Under the pieces are notes generated by a model. That model saw nothing but the letters and a program-made list of their open reading frames with translations. It ran no database searches and was not told the DNA's origin. Source: Haplodiscus bocki (taxonomy: Eukaryota). From it: a stretch of 64,000 nucleotides of DNA. Position 1 is the stretch's first letter; each line of letters starts with the position of its first letter. The position numbers and the translations under genes are program-made. Shown here one piece after another: positions 39,193-51,956 of this stretch. The stretch lies in the NCBI GenBank assembly GCA_965655095.1, contig OZ296651.1:53258001-53322000 (forward strand). The letters run 5' to 3'.

Positions 39193-40117
39193 AAATGTTT
39201 ACGGAAAATATCGCAGTGGTATTGGACATTTCTGTTTAATATTCCAAAGATCGTGGTCAGTTTCTATCACTGAACTCGTCATTAGACAACGGAGAAAATT
39301 TTCTGTGGAAAAAATACACATCAATTTTGTTCCTTATACCCAGTTGGGCAACTTTGTTGACGTTACATCACCAGTAGGCTTAACTCTCACTTTTTACTTT
39401 TTGATTCTTTGGGAGGACCACAAAACGTGCAGGAATATGACTTTTTCAAAGTTTTCAGAATATTTCATATCCTTGCAATCCAGCCAGCATAAAAAGGTAA
39501 GAAGTGAAAATAATGGACTTTTCTGCAAAGCGTGAAGAATCACCTTTACCAGCAAAGAAACGTTCATCGGCCATTACCTAAAGTACACTATTCCGTGATC
39601 ACGTCTGGTGCTTACCGAAAAGTGAAGACATGGCAAATTCCAGACACAACAGTGTTGTTTATTCTCCAATTAATCAGTTCATCAGAGATTATTTTAATTA
39701 CCAGAATTATTATGATAGGCGTGCAAAATACCGGAAATGATTCGAATTACAATTCGTTCGAAATAGCTTCATAATCTCTTGTACTATAATATCATTTCTT
39801 GCCCACTAACGGTATTAAAAAAACATTTAGATTGATGTGATAAGGACAACATGAAATGTCTGTAGTTGAAGATTAATGTGTAAAGATCGTTAATATTGTC
39901 AAGTCTGTTCAAATTAGTTCAAAGACATATGCCAACATGCATGATAAAACCCATTAGACGCCCGGAATATAAATTAGAGTGTATCTTATTGCTTTTCACA
40001 AAATTGTGAAACTCATTTCCAAAATCACGAAAATCAGTTGTCGGATAAACCTGATGAGATTAAATTGGACAGGATCGGATTGGAAAGGATCATCGAATTG
40101 AGACTTGTTCGCTTCAG

Positions 40118-40254
40118 ATAGCAAAGATTTTGAGAGCAAACTTCAAGTTGCAGTGACTGTTTTTGCGTGCACCCTCATGGCCTGTTTAGTGTTCCTTATG
40201 TTCATTCTTGGATTCAAAGCTTACAATTACCGCAAAGAATACAAACACTCCCAA
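40118..40254 (+). CDS. Exon encoding the transmembrane helix and basic stop-transfer region
   Basis: Acceptor ttgttcgcttcAG (phase 1, G+AT = Asp) and donor CAA|GTTAGT (phase 0). Translation DSKDFESKLQVAVTVFACTLMACLVFLMFILGFKAYNYRKEYKHSQ. Confidence 0.85.
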
Positions 40255-40730
40255 GTTAGTGTATTGAGTGGTCATTCCTTGTGTACCCGGAGGATTTAAA
40301 TGATTAGATTCACTATAATTCATAAATATTACATTATGAATTACTATAAATTAATGTATACTGCAAAGTAAAAAATATAAATTAAGTTCGTAATTGTAAA
40401 GCTTTAACTTAGTTGAAGTATCGTTCTAAATTCGACTGTGTTAAAAACTTAGTTGCGCATGGTGAATTATGAGGTAACCTATGAAAACAATTCCAAAAGG
40501 TGGCGAGAAGATACATTTTATTCAGTCATTTCCGTTTTTTTTACTAGTGTTTTATCCAGTTTCCAGCAGCGACCATCCTTGGTTCATAATGCATTTTTGG
40601 ATCTTAAATTCATACTTGAAGTTTTAAGAAACAATTACCCGTTTATTGGAGAACTCTTCTAACTCTAGACATATCCTGAATCTGATATTTTCTTCGATAA
40701 GTATCAAGTAGCGTAAACAATGTGTTTCAG

Positions 40731-41117
40731 TCTCGGCCAGAAGAAATTGGCAGAGTGATGTCAAATCCAAATGCGTACTTGGTGAGTCCGTCGAAAAACG
40801 TGTTAGTCACTGAAGACCGTGACAAACCATGTGGTCTGAAACCAGCAATATCAAAAACAAATTCATTATATTCCAGTGAAGCATCTATGCACCGAACATC
40901 TCCATGCAGAGTTTACCCTCCTCGCATCAAAAAGGTTTCATTTAGTGACGAGGTTTCATCTTTGGAGGCTGAATCGCCCACTGATAAACGAGTTTTTTCA
41001 AAATTTCGAAAAGACTCTTGCAATCGAGGCTCTGACATGCCAAAACAATTCTCGTGGAGTAAAGACTCATGCCCTAACATCAACGGACGATCCCATCTAC
41101 TTCAAACTCTTGTTTAA
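40731..41117 (+). CDS. Terminal exon: Ser/Pro/Lys-rich cytoplasmic tail of a single-Sushi membrane protein (SUSD3-like architecture, ~258 aa total)
   Basis: The acceptor tgtgtttcAG is phase 0, matching the previous donor, and the frame is open to TAA at 41117. The four exons sum to 777 nt (259 codons including the stop). Confidence 0.85.
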   Translation, partial: SRPEEIGRVMSNPNAYLVSPSKNVLVTEDRDKPCGLKPAISKTNSLYSSEASMHRTSPCRVYPPRIKKVSFSDEVSSLEAESPTDKRVFSKFRKDSCNRGSDMPKQFSWSKDSCPNINGRSHLLQTLV

Positions 41118-41210
41118 AGTTTATGCAACATACTAAAATTTTATCCGCATATTTTTGTAGTTTAGCATGCCGTTCATTTTTAGCTTGCTGAAAAGCATTT
41201 GTCGCTCTGC

Positions 41211-41216
41211 ATTAAA
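41211..41216 (+). terminator. Candidate polyadenylation signal ATTAAA
   Basis: ATTAAA lies ~95 nt after the stop codon. Confidence 0.45.
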
Positions 41217-42112
41217 TTTTGTTACATTGCTCTCACCAGCAATACACTGGAAATTTAACTAGAAAGTGTTTTCACTACTTGATGCAATTCAGGTAAATCG
41301 TTTGCTTTACCTGATTTCTTTGGTAGCTTTCAGCTCGGGTATCAGTTATCTGAGAAGTACTGAGGTGGATTGGGTGGTGTGCGTTAGGTAATGTAATCAA
41401 CGAAATACTATAACGTTGTTCAGAAGCAAAAATCATCAACTTTCTGGCTCAATAGCATCTCTTTTCATAGTTTTATCAAAAGCATGGAACCCTGTTAAGC
41501 AGAAGTTAATTGAACATGTTTTCGTTGCAGATTGTAACTTTTGAGAAATTGGTTGATGGACACATTTCACGATACAACTGTAGGATAACTTTAGTTTTTA
41601 ATTTATATTCCCTTGCTATCAACAGAGAAGTCATGAAAAATTTGAAACTCTATGGGCTGAAATGGCAAAAAATATTTATGAACTTTAATAGAAAAGTCTC
41701 TGACGAAGAGACCCGAACAAGAAAGTTTTGAGAAAGACGAAAAATGCTCATTTCTCAATAAGTTAATCAGATGAAGAGCTCAGGTAAACACTCATGAAAA
41801 ACTAACTTACATTTCACCTGAAAGCTTTGGTAAAAATACATGAGAACTGATTCGAAGTGCGTGAAAAAATCAAACTAGTTGCGTGAATTCTATTCATAAA
41901 AAACCATCACCATGCGCCCTTCTATAATTTTCATATTATCCGAAGATCATCAGGCGAGGGAAGAGAAAAATCTGCGAAAGCGTACGAATCAACTCGTTAG
42001 GCAAGTAAATGGGCGTCTATTAAAACTTTCAAGTTTCTGTCAATTTCGATGCTTATTCACAGATTAGGGCAAGTTAAATGGAAAAACTGAAAAAAAATGG
42101 GGTTTCATTAAA

Positions 42113-45100
42113 CGGTGACACGACAATTCGGACCAACTGCCAAATTCGGACCGGCGACAGATTTGGACCGCAGTCAAATTCGGCCCAAAATTTTGATTAC
42201 TTTTCATTGGGAGTAATCAGTGGCGGTAACTAAAATCTCGCTAATTTTCGATCATTGTATTGATGAGAGCTAATTAGAAGTTTAAACTATTACCAAGCGA
42301 AATACAATCCTTATTACTCAAGCGCTTCCATCTGCCAACTTTCAAACTTTTGGAATTCGCCAAAAAGCCTGAAAATTTTGCTGGGATAATTTCAATTTCC
42401 AATTTTGTGGAAATGCGTCAAAGACAAGAAATAAGACGCCAGTCCACCATCTTAAAATAATCCGTCGTGCAACGTCTCAAAGTACTTTATAAAAAGAAGC
42501 GTTTCCCCGGAAAAAATACCGTTCTATGTGCTTCATACAGCAATTTGTTTCTCAAATTCAGCAAAATTGAGTTGATTTTTTTTTGTTAGAGCATCGTTTA
42601 GTGTTGCTTCGGTTGCTAACTCTAAGGACTGAAAAAGTTCTATGGCCTCCTATCACAAAAAGTTTTGAGAAATATAAGAGTTTGGCTTATTGCCTTAGTC
42701 GACAACTGAATGGCCGCAAGTGATTTTTCAGGAGGTGTTCGAAATCATTGAACATGTCTCTGCTGCCTCTGTACGTGGGTATTTGCATAAGTAACTAAAC
42801 GAGTATTGTGTTTTTGGCTTGAATTTGGGTTGGAAATGAGGTGATGGCGTTCAAAATGTGGTAGCAGTGCTCGGCCAAATCTGTGGTCGATGAACTTAGT
42901 CGTCTCCCGTGGTTGTTGTTTGAAGTTTCGTCGTAGGTTTTGCATGTGAGATGTCTTGTTGTCTCCTGCTCGTGGTTCGAGAATCTACTGACACCATATA
43001 GGGAGACGGACCAGCTTTGCTAAAACTAGCAATTGTACCGGTCCTTTGGGAAAAATTTGGCCGGCGAGCAATGGACTTTGCCTAGATTTGGCCGGTGAGC
43101 AATGCACCTTCGCTGAATGACCCGAGTCAAATCCTCTAAATGTCTAGTCAGGGAAATAAATTCCTTTTCTCCTCGTCGACTTCTTGCTGACTTTAGAAGC
43201 GTGCTTCGGAAATGTAACTAACGTTGTCCTCGTGGGAGCTCATGTTGACGTTAGTTTTAGAACTACTGATTCCACTCATTTTGATAATTCCATGTATTAA
43301 TTCTAAGCTTAACGTTTGTGAGAGTGGTTCTGGATCAACTTCAGGTAGTAATGCTGATGATTGGGCAAGTGATTTCACTTCTTCTGATTGCGCTATATTT
43401 GAATGGGGTCTTGAAGGATTCGATTGGCAAATTGTCAGGTGACCGATGGACAGACGCTTTTCTCAATATCAAGAATATGTCATTGGTTCATAGATGCCAT
43501 GCTAATTTTATAAATATAACTAAATAAAATGTGATGGCAAATCAACCGTATCTATGGTGGCTCTAGTCATGCAACATGACATTTATTTAAATTTAGCATA
43601 TTTAATTAGGGTAAATTTTTTGTGGCGTGATTCATATGAAAAAAAGTAGAGTGTCAGGATTTTGCACTGTGTTGATTTCAAGGGAGCTTAAATTTCGTCG
43701 GATTTCATCTTTTTGCTCGGTTCAAAGTTTCTGATGAGCTGTCATTGCTATTCCTTTGCTAGTTAGAATCTGTTTTTTAGTTTTGGGTGAGTTTCGCTTC
43801 AGTTCAAAACTGATGCATCTCAGTCACTTTAATGTAACTAATGTAGTTTGGCAGTTGGGCAGTTTAAAGCAAAGTCTACAGTATAGGTGATAAATTTTAC
43901 TGAATTGCCAAATTATCATCTGATTTCGGATTGTGGCTTTCATCTTCTTCATGAAAACCGATGTTGTTTCAAAACGCCTAGAAATGTAAATTAGAGTCGT
44001 TTTCAACCTTCTGATGAAAACCAACGACCACAAAATCATTGTTTAAGTCATTGCTGAACGTTTTTGTCATAGAGATTAAAACCGAAAATTTTTAAAAACC
44101 AGTTACGGTACTGTGAGTAGCGTATAGCGCTCAGATGCAAAGCGACGATTTTAATATTGAATTTTAATCTTTTATGTCATGGTAATTATGCGCGTGGATG
44201 TTTCATTTTCAATGAGATTCAAGTTGAATGTTGTGCAGAATAGACAAATGTGAAGGAAACATCGAACGGATATTTTTTGATGAAAATGTATTCCGGCCCC
44301 TTTATGGTTCTGTCTGTCGGGCTGTTGCAGAAGGCGCTTGCACTATCGTTTAGTGTTCCGGTTGGAGCTAATCGATTTTTTATTGTCTCTTATAGTATGT
44401 TTGAGCCTTCATCTGTACAGTTCATTTTCACGGAACGGATTTGTTTCAGCACTTTGGTGTTCAATGGATGAGTATATCGTTAAAGGCTTAGCAATACCTT
44501 CTAGGTAGTACATATGGTGGATTGGAAATTACATAGTCTGGTTCATACCGAAGAAAGGGAAATAAAAAGACATAGTTGCTTTTATACCTTTATTCGATTG
44601 GTGGCTACAGAACTTGCATCAAGATCTTAGCAATAATATTGGCTTGATACATTTGTAACAAAACGTAGTTTTAGGGATATGTAGATATCTGATATTTCCC
44701 TCATCCTGGAATGACATTTGGTGAGGAAAAGTTACTAAGTCAAAATAGCTCAATTCCGCCTGCATCGTGCAATTGGCAAATCTACATTAAAAAACGCTCG
44801 GGATGAATGTATGTTTTTTTCTGTAATCAAATTCACCATCATCATGCGCCCCCCTTTGCATTTTATAAAAATTGTTCCCATACCAAATTTTGTATAACAT
44901 CAAAAAGTCCTCCCGCAATTGCTTTGAGGCTTACCAGTACCGCTGATTTTGGCTGGTCAAAGCTGGCCTAAAATATTGGAGAACCAAACTAGCATAGGTT
45001 TATCTTTGTTAATAAAGTAATTAGGCTAACTAGGGAGATAATTTGGGCCGAATTTCAAGTTGGGTCCAAATTTGTTATAGTCTGAGTTTGGCTTTCGTTC

Positions 45101-45125
45101 CGAATTGTTGAATTGTTGTAGAGCC
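42113..45125. mobile_element. TIR DNA transposon (Mutator-like termini) with a nested Gypsy remnant
   Basis: The left end CGGTGACACGACAATTCGGACC…CAAATTCGGCCCAAA (42113-42190) and the reverse complement of 45040-45125 (…ACAATTCGGAAC…AAATTTGGACCC…AAATTCGGCCCAAA) form ~80-bp imperfect TIRs built of ~17-bp subrepeats. No clear TSD. Confidence 0.65.
43170..44760 (-). mobile_element. Ty3/Gypsy pol remnant (RT-RNaseH-INT, internally deleted)
   Basis: Minus strand, in order: IFDLVTFPHQMSF (RT; cf. IDLxxAYHQI), TLNDS (RNase H; cf. SRTLxxxE), KMKATIRNQMIIW…YCRLC (integrase H2C2), SKGIAMTAHQKL and LLFSYESRH (integrase core). Confidence 0.6.
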
Positions 45126-46099
45126 TCTTTTAACGCCCCCTTTCACACTAATTAAACGGGTCCGACGCACTAATAAATGATCGAATTACTGAACGGCGTA
45201 ATGTTTGAATTGATGTGCTGGTGACTTTTAGACAATCAGACAAGGTTTTGTTTATGCGTGATGGGAAGATAAATTTACAGACAGTATGCTGGAGGCGTTA
45301 AAAATTACCGATATCCCGAAATTTTCGTTTTGTCAAAAAAAGTCATGTTTTCCTTCTGTATACCCGAGCTTGCTAACTTCCAACTACCGATTTTCATCAC
45401 AATTTTCCTTCTTTCCACCTTAGTTTTTTTCGAAAAGTGAGGCTATCACCGCTGTCGGGTCACAAGTCTAAAAGCAGTAAAAACTAGTTTTGCTTTAATT
45501 TCAAATCAACCTATCAAGTTCAAGTACTTTACATGCACGCACATCTTCAAACCAGTTATAATAACTTAGTGAGACTTTTAGTTAAAATATCGAATTATTA
45601 CTGAGGCGTTACTAAATTATCCCCGAGCGAAGAAAGGGCACGCATGCAGCACACGAAGTTGATGGAAATGAGATAATGTAAAGGTGCTGAAGACACCGGT
45701 TTCAATACTGATCAGTATTTTAATCCAGATAAAAAATTTTTGAACTGGTGGAACTCAGATTTATTTTCAGACCTGCGAAGAGCCGCTGCTATCAACTGCT
45801 GGTCAATGGAAAGCGAGCTTTGTGATGTCAATTCAGTGACAATATCGAATGCCTTTCAATTAGGCAACCGTTCCTTTGAAGGTTTTTCTCTAAATTCACT
45901 GCGCTCATTTGGCAGATGCTTAAATTGCGTTAGACAAAATAGAAAAGTTAATTTAATTGGGTATTGTAGAAATAACAAATTGTTCCTGTTTATCATAAAA
46001 TCATTATATAACCCGATATAAGCAACAAATGGGCACTGGTGGTCTTCTAGGTCTCGCTCTTGAAAAGCAACAGAAGCACATTTACATGTTTTTAATGTG

Positions 46100-48250
46100 A
46101 TCTTCTTCATGATTGTTTTGCCGTGATTACAAATTAGTGAATTAGTAACACCTTGAGAAAAAATGCCAATTGTCTATGACATATAAGGAAACAAAATTTG
46201 GTGGTTTTACCTAACTTTTGATTTAGTCATAATTTTTAACTCTGAAGACAACAATTTCTCTTTCGTCAGCCAAATATTGGTTTTTCGACGTGAACTTTCA
46301 ATCGATTTCCGTTTTATGATAGTTCGGCAAATTTTGGTTCTAACAGACCTTTCTCTTTTGTTCATGAAACCGATTGGTTGTTTTTCAGTGATGATTGCGG
46401 CAGATAATCATTTGAGACTTCGAGGCGTAAATATCCAAACAGATCACTTACGAATTCAACAAAGTATAACTCGAAGGCTGTCAAAAGGCCAATCTTTATC
46501 AAAATTTTAGCCAATGAATCATGTATTTTCTTGAAGCATTTTCGTCTCAATATTTTATGCTGCATATTTTGACGTCTTCTATGTTTGCTGTAGCCACTGA
46601 GACGTAAACGAGAACACCATATCTATTCCAGGATTTGGCATAAGCGTGATAGAACAAAAGAAAACAGTTACGAGAGTACAGATTGTCAGTCAGCCCACAG
46701 AACCTATTCTTTGACCAAAAAAACCAATAGGTTGGTTCAACCGAAGCCATTTGTCTACGTGTGCACCCAAATCTTCAAAATAAGTTTTGTATTCCAGACT
46801 TTTTTCTTGAGTTTTCAAATTTTCGGGTTCCCAGAACCAACAAATGTTACTTTACAATTATCTACGTTCATTGTTGCTTTGTTATTTACTTAGCAGCTTG
46901 AAACGGAGTCAGAATCTTTTTGTATTGAAAAGTATTTTATATTTCTTGCGTCCTTCGGGGCAGTATCATCTGCAAAAAAGGTTATGCCACTTTCGTCACT
47001 GCAGGCATCCAAGTTGTTGATGTAGATGACAAAAACAAGCCTTAATATTGAACCATGAGGCGTATTAGACCCAATTTCTTCATGATCTTTGTAAATTCGG
47101 TCTGAATCGAAATACTGCAACCTGTTATTCAGGAAAATAGCAGTCATTTCATGAATGGGTCTCCTCTGGCCGTATCTTTCTCCTTACTTTTCTAGCGTAT
47201 TCAGCAGTATTGTTTTGTTTGAATGTGTCAAACATTTTTTGAAGATTTACGAAGCATGCACGTCCCGTTGATTTTTTACCTACTTGTAATCTCTTATATT
47301 CAGTAACCAATGCTATTGCGTCCATGAGGAAACTGCTTTGGGTCTGAATCATTTGGATGATCGGACGAACAGACTGAGGATCCCACTTCAGAATGAGGAT
47401 CATTCTGGGAAGGATTCCCATTTAGTTCCCAGTTTTCTACATCTTTAATCTGGAATGCTTCGGGAACACTTCTTGAGTGTATTCGTACCTGTGGGTTCAA
47501 TAGATGGTCATCCATTTCAAACAGAGCACCAAAGATGCTGGAATTTATTTTGTTGAGCTGTTTTTTGTGTCAGTTTTTTGTTGACAGTTTTTTAGTGTTA
47601 GTTTTTCAGTGACCTTGCCTTCAATCTCTTCAGAAACTTGTCTCATATATTTTTCGTTGATTTTAGGAACGGACTTTTTTCGTGGCTGGCCATTCCTATA
47701 GGACGTTCCTGTTGTGCTTCTCTTGCAAAGTCTGCCAACTTTTCTTTGTTTGTCAATGTTGCCACTTTTTGACTGTAGAAAATTCCCAAAAGTAGTGAAG
47801 ACTGAATTGTTTTGTATTTTTTACAAACTCGATAGTACGACAAAGTGTTAGCCCTCTAGCAAATAACTAGTAACAATTTTGACAGTCAACTAACGAAATG
47901 AAGTAATGAAAAGACTCTTGAAAAGAAGTTTTCTCGTTCTTCTTATTGATACCTTTTCCTTGGTGGGAGTCGAATTTGCACACTTGCCATGTCATGGTAC
48001 AAAAGGGAAAATTACTTTATTTGTAGAATCTATAAAGTCAAAATGCCAAGTCTGCCGGAAGTAAACACCTATCCAACCATTTCTTTCTTCATAGGCCACC
48101 TCTTTTCTATCTTTCGACGGCAATTGTACGGGCTTATTGTACGTGGGAAACGGACATCAAAGTGCTTATTCCTGCATTGACACGATAAATTTCAGTGGAA
48201 ACATAAAGATCGAAAGGTTTTCCGTAAATGGAAATTTTTCATAAATTTCA
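46100..48250 (-). mobile_element. CR1/L2(Jockey-group)-type LINE remnant (endonuclease traces and RT)
   Basis: CFVNLQKMFDT (cf. FIDLQKAFDT), TPHGSILRLVFVIYINNL (cf. VPQGSILGPLLFLIYINDL), FFADDT, then LGAHVDKWLR and LLFYHAYAKS..YG downstream. Confidence 0.88.
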
Positions 48251-50061
48251 TTAGAGAAGATAATATTAATAACATGAAATTCAGGATTTTTTTTACTTAA
48301 AGGTACATGTCAGCTTACTGCGCTTCATCCGAGATGCAAAATGAACTGGAAAGAGGATTGTTCTTAGTCCGTTCCTCATTTCTACTCATCGGTGCCTTGT
48401 TTCAACCAGGTTGTTCCGGAAAAGTTCTGTATTCGCCTATAGCACTGTTTGTAGCAGTGCTGTTGAATGAGTGAATTGAGTGAATACTGAACTAATCCGT
48501 AATTGGCTGAAACAACACTGCATCATGGGACAGTAAATGGAATGATTTCTAGTGACACAACCAGATTGGTAGCAACGGAACAAGTACGGAATGAATAGCC
48601 ACTTTTGAAGTCAATTTTTTTCACGCGGCAGTTGCGATTAATACAGCTCATTGACAATGTCATTTTAACCTGATTACTGCAGTCTAGCCCTCTGAAAAGG
48701 TGGGTTTACATTAAGTAATTACATGAAATAATATGAATATAGCGCCTTTTAAACTGCAAATGAACTATTAGGTGACTATCCGTTTGTTCCGCTACGGTTC
48801 CGGCACAATCCGGATCAGTACCATAGGATAATACTTCTATGCTACGGTTCAGTTACATGATATGAAGTTAATACATACATAAAACATAAAGTTCATTGTT
48901 TTTAGTTTCCGTCCTTCCCTTGACGGTCCGGTACACTTTCTTTCCTTTCTTTTGGCTACACTTGCCCGCAGGTTTCGCAAAAATGCTGCAACAGCGTCTG
49001 CATAGAATCTTTCTGATCGCAAATCATATTGGTTTTTAGTGAAGATAAAATTTTTTTCACAGAATTTTATCTTTCGCTTTGAAATTAACATCTCAAAAAT
49101 TTTGCTTAAAGAGCTAAAATTGGCATTCCTACGTTGAAGGAACGCTTTCGTATTAATAAGTTTCTGAATGACACAGTTAATTAAAGTTATTAGCGGCGAA
49201 TTGCTACTGGCGTTGCCAGGTAAAAACTGCTAGTGGAACAAGAACACGCTGTCGCAGCCTGCCGCCTGTGACGGCCTGAATTACTCCGTCAATTATAATG
49301 GACAAGACTCGGGCATGCAGGGGTACGCATTGCCCCTATTCGAAGATTAAACTGACAAAACTCTCAATAAAAAAATTGCTGGATGAATTTCTTCCCCCCT
49401 CATTTTTATAAAATATGATATATATTATTATAATAATATATATACAAATAGAGTCCTACGAACATTTATATATCTATGTGCATAATCCCTACCAATAGCA
49501 AACAAGCTAGTATCTTTGGGGAACGGATATAGACAAATGCTTATAGTGCTCAATTAACTTGCAGTCTTATACTCAATTCTGATTGGTCGGAAATAGTACA
49601 CTTGTCGAAATTTTGACCAAGCAACAGCGTTGCTGGGGAGTGGTCAAAAGCTGGTCACAAGGACCTAATTTTGACCACTTTGCTCAAAACGAGTGGTCGC
49701 TTCTAAACACAAGGCGAAATACGGCAAATTGAAGTCGAAAATGCCAATCTATGACCATATTCAATTAAAAGACGTTGCTATGTAATTGTATAAGTATATT
49801 TTCATTTATTATTTGATGCTAAATTGTCCGCTACTTATTATTAATAAATCCCAAGCGAAAATTCGTAGTTGGTCATAATGCCCACTTTTGACCACCATAT
49901 TTTAATTTGAAGCCAATTTTGTGTATGAAACCTAATATCAACATTCTAGTCATATTCACTATATTATAACGGTAAATGACCACCGATGATATAAAAAAAT
50001 ACATGCAAACATGATTTGTTGACCTTCAGCATTTATCCAGATTTCGTAGCCATATTTTGAT

Positions 50062-51019
50062 TGTCATGATTTTTTGGCATTCCCCCTTTGATGTTTATTT
50101 TGTTAGTATTTTTAAAATGACGCCATATTGTTGATATATAAGATTCGGGTTAAGCCTTTTGATGTTTTGATTATAAATAGAATTGCGAACATGACATCAT
50201 TAGATTGTGCCACCCAATTGGCCGACGAATGTCATGTCAAACGAAGAAAAGGGTGACCCACAACTGCCAAAAAGCCTCCACCAGAAGGAAGATTGTGATT
50301 CTGAAAGACAGCTCAATAAAACATTCATTCTAAACTGATACCATTTTTCGGATTGTGTAAATACCTATCAAGTTTTGTTTTATAAATTACCATCACGTTC
50401 TTTTGTTGCTGTTAATATTATAATCTCGAGTACAATTGAGTTTTTAAAATAAACATGGTTTCTACTCGCAAGAAAAGACAGTCAAACAGAAGGCTCCTCA
50501 GCCAATTAGATGACTTCGATGAAGATATGGTTAGTGGCAACGCTGCTAGTGAAAGGCAACGAAATATTGTGGTCAGTGAAGGCACTAATGACCGAGATTT
50601 TACTGTTGGTACTTTTAGTAATAACATGGCGTCTAATGAAAGTACGGTGAATGTGAAAACCTTGGAAAGGTGTTTTAATGAGAGAATTGAAAGGGAACTG
50701 AGCAATATCGTTGATACAGTTGAAAACAGGATACAGAATGCGATTTTGACCGCCATTGATAACATTGTTGCACCTAAAATTGAATTAGCGATCAGGTCAA
50801 TAAATGCATCTTCTGGACGGGATGTGACTAGTGTGGCCGCGAATTCAGAATGTGGGGAACATGTGGGAATTATTGCTTCTTTTGAAAACGCATCTGGAAA
50901 CAACAATATACTACATGCATCGATTGTAAATGATGAGACTCTTCATAAAAATCTGGACGAGATAAGTGAGTTGTCGTTCCCGGAAACACAATTTGACCGG
51001 CAAGCACACACTCATCTCA
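50062..51019 (+). mobile_element. Solo-LTR-like unit (~958 bp) carrying an ORF
   Basis: The imperfect inverted ends are TGTCATGA and TCATCTCA, with an internal AATAAA at ~50316. ORF 50455 starts inside the unit and exits through the right end. No TSD found. Confidence 0.5.
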
Positions 51020-51078
51020 CACGCATAGCACAACCGATAGAACGGACAATGTGGATGTTCCGAATACACCGCTCTTAA
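50455..51078 (+). CDS. 207-aa repeat-associated ORF (basic N-terminus, helical core); probably retroelement-derived
   Basis: Longest ORF in the window, with an ATG in an AAACATGG context and a basic RKKRQSNRR segment. A diverged homologue at 51957-52256 shows it is multicopy. Confidence 0.6.
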   Translation: MVSTRKKRQSNRRLLSQLDDFDEDMVSGNAASERQRNIVVSEGTNDRDFTVGTFSNNMASNESTVNVKTLERCFNERIERELSNIVDTVENRIQNAILTAIDNIVAPKIELAIRSINASSGRDVTSVAANSECGEHVGIIASFENASGNNNILHASIVNDETLHKNLDEISELSFPETQFDRQAHTHLTRIAQPIERTMWMFRIHRS

Positions 51079-51956
51079 TGATAAATCGGTCCTCAAAATT
51101 TATTTCGGCTGTTACTTATAATCCTACAAAAAATTTGTTTAGTCAGGCTGTATTCACTTTTATTCTAAAGGTTTTAATGTCATTTTGGTATGCAATCATT
51201 TTGGTCTGAACATTAGCGTCACTAAAAGATGAAAAGTCAGACCTATAGAGAGGAAATGATGATGATGTTATTACTTGGTGCACTGAAAATTTACGTCGGG
51301 TGACTTGCACGCGAGACCCACCCCCCGGAGTTTCTCCGAAACTCAGGTAAATCAAGTCTACCGTAAAAATCAACTGAAAGTCACTCAAAAGAATTGGCAT
51401 GAAGAAGCGCAGATGACATAAATCTCAAATTACAGTAACATAGTCCTGAAACTTAATTGAGAAGTTCTCTGCTTCTCTTAAAAACGTAACAGCGGCAGAA
51501 AAATAGTAGTCAGCATCTATCTGCGTTTTTTCGAAATGTCTGGGGTGCAATAATTCGCGGTTTGTTTCATCTTATGAGATTTGGGACTCTTCAGTTTATG
51601 TAAATACCATCCGAGTGAAAGTCCGGACTAGGTTTAAATAAATCAGCCGCATTCCTCCTTCATCACGTTGGCGAATTTAGAATCGACTCTTGAAAAAGTA
51701 CAGCCAATTTCAAACTTTCCGAAATTTCAGATAGCGAATCCTCGATTCCTAGATTGCTGGCTGTGGTATCAGGGAAAATAACGACAACCTTAAAAAAATA
51801 CCGCTGATGAAAAACCGAGATGGTAGATGCTATGCGTGAGTACTTGCCGGGCAATGTTTTTTTCGACCGATATTTCACTTGCGTCAACAGTAGTACTGTC
51901 ACGAGCCTCGTCGATCCATTGTAGCCCTGTTTTTGAGTTCGAACTGCTTGAAGCGG

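Noticed and set aside
40764-40780. NPNAY as an NPxY endocytosis motif
   Set aside because: The spacing is NPxxY, not NPxY.
50418-50906. 162-aa hydrophobic minus ORF
   Set aside because: It is the antisense shadow of ORF 50455-51078; the homologue at 51957 conserves the other strand's peptide.
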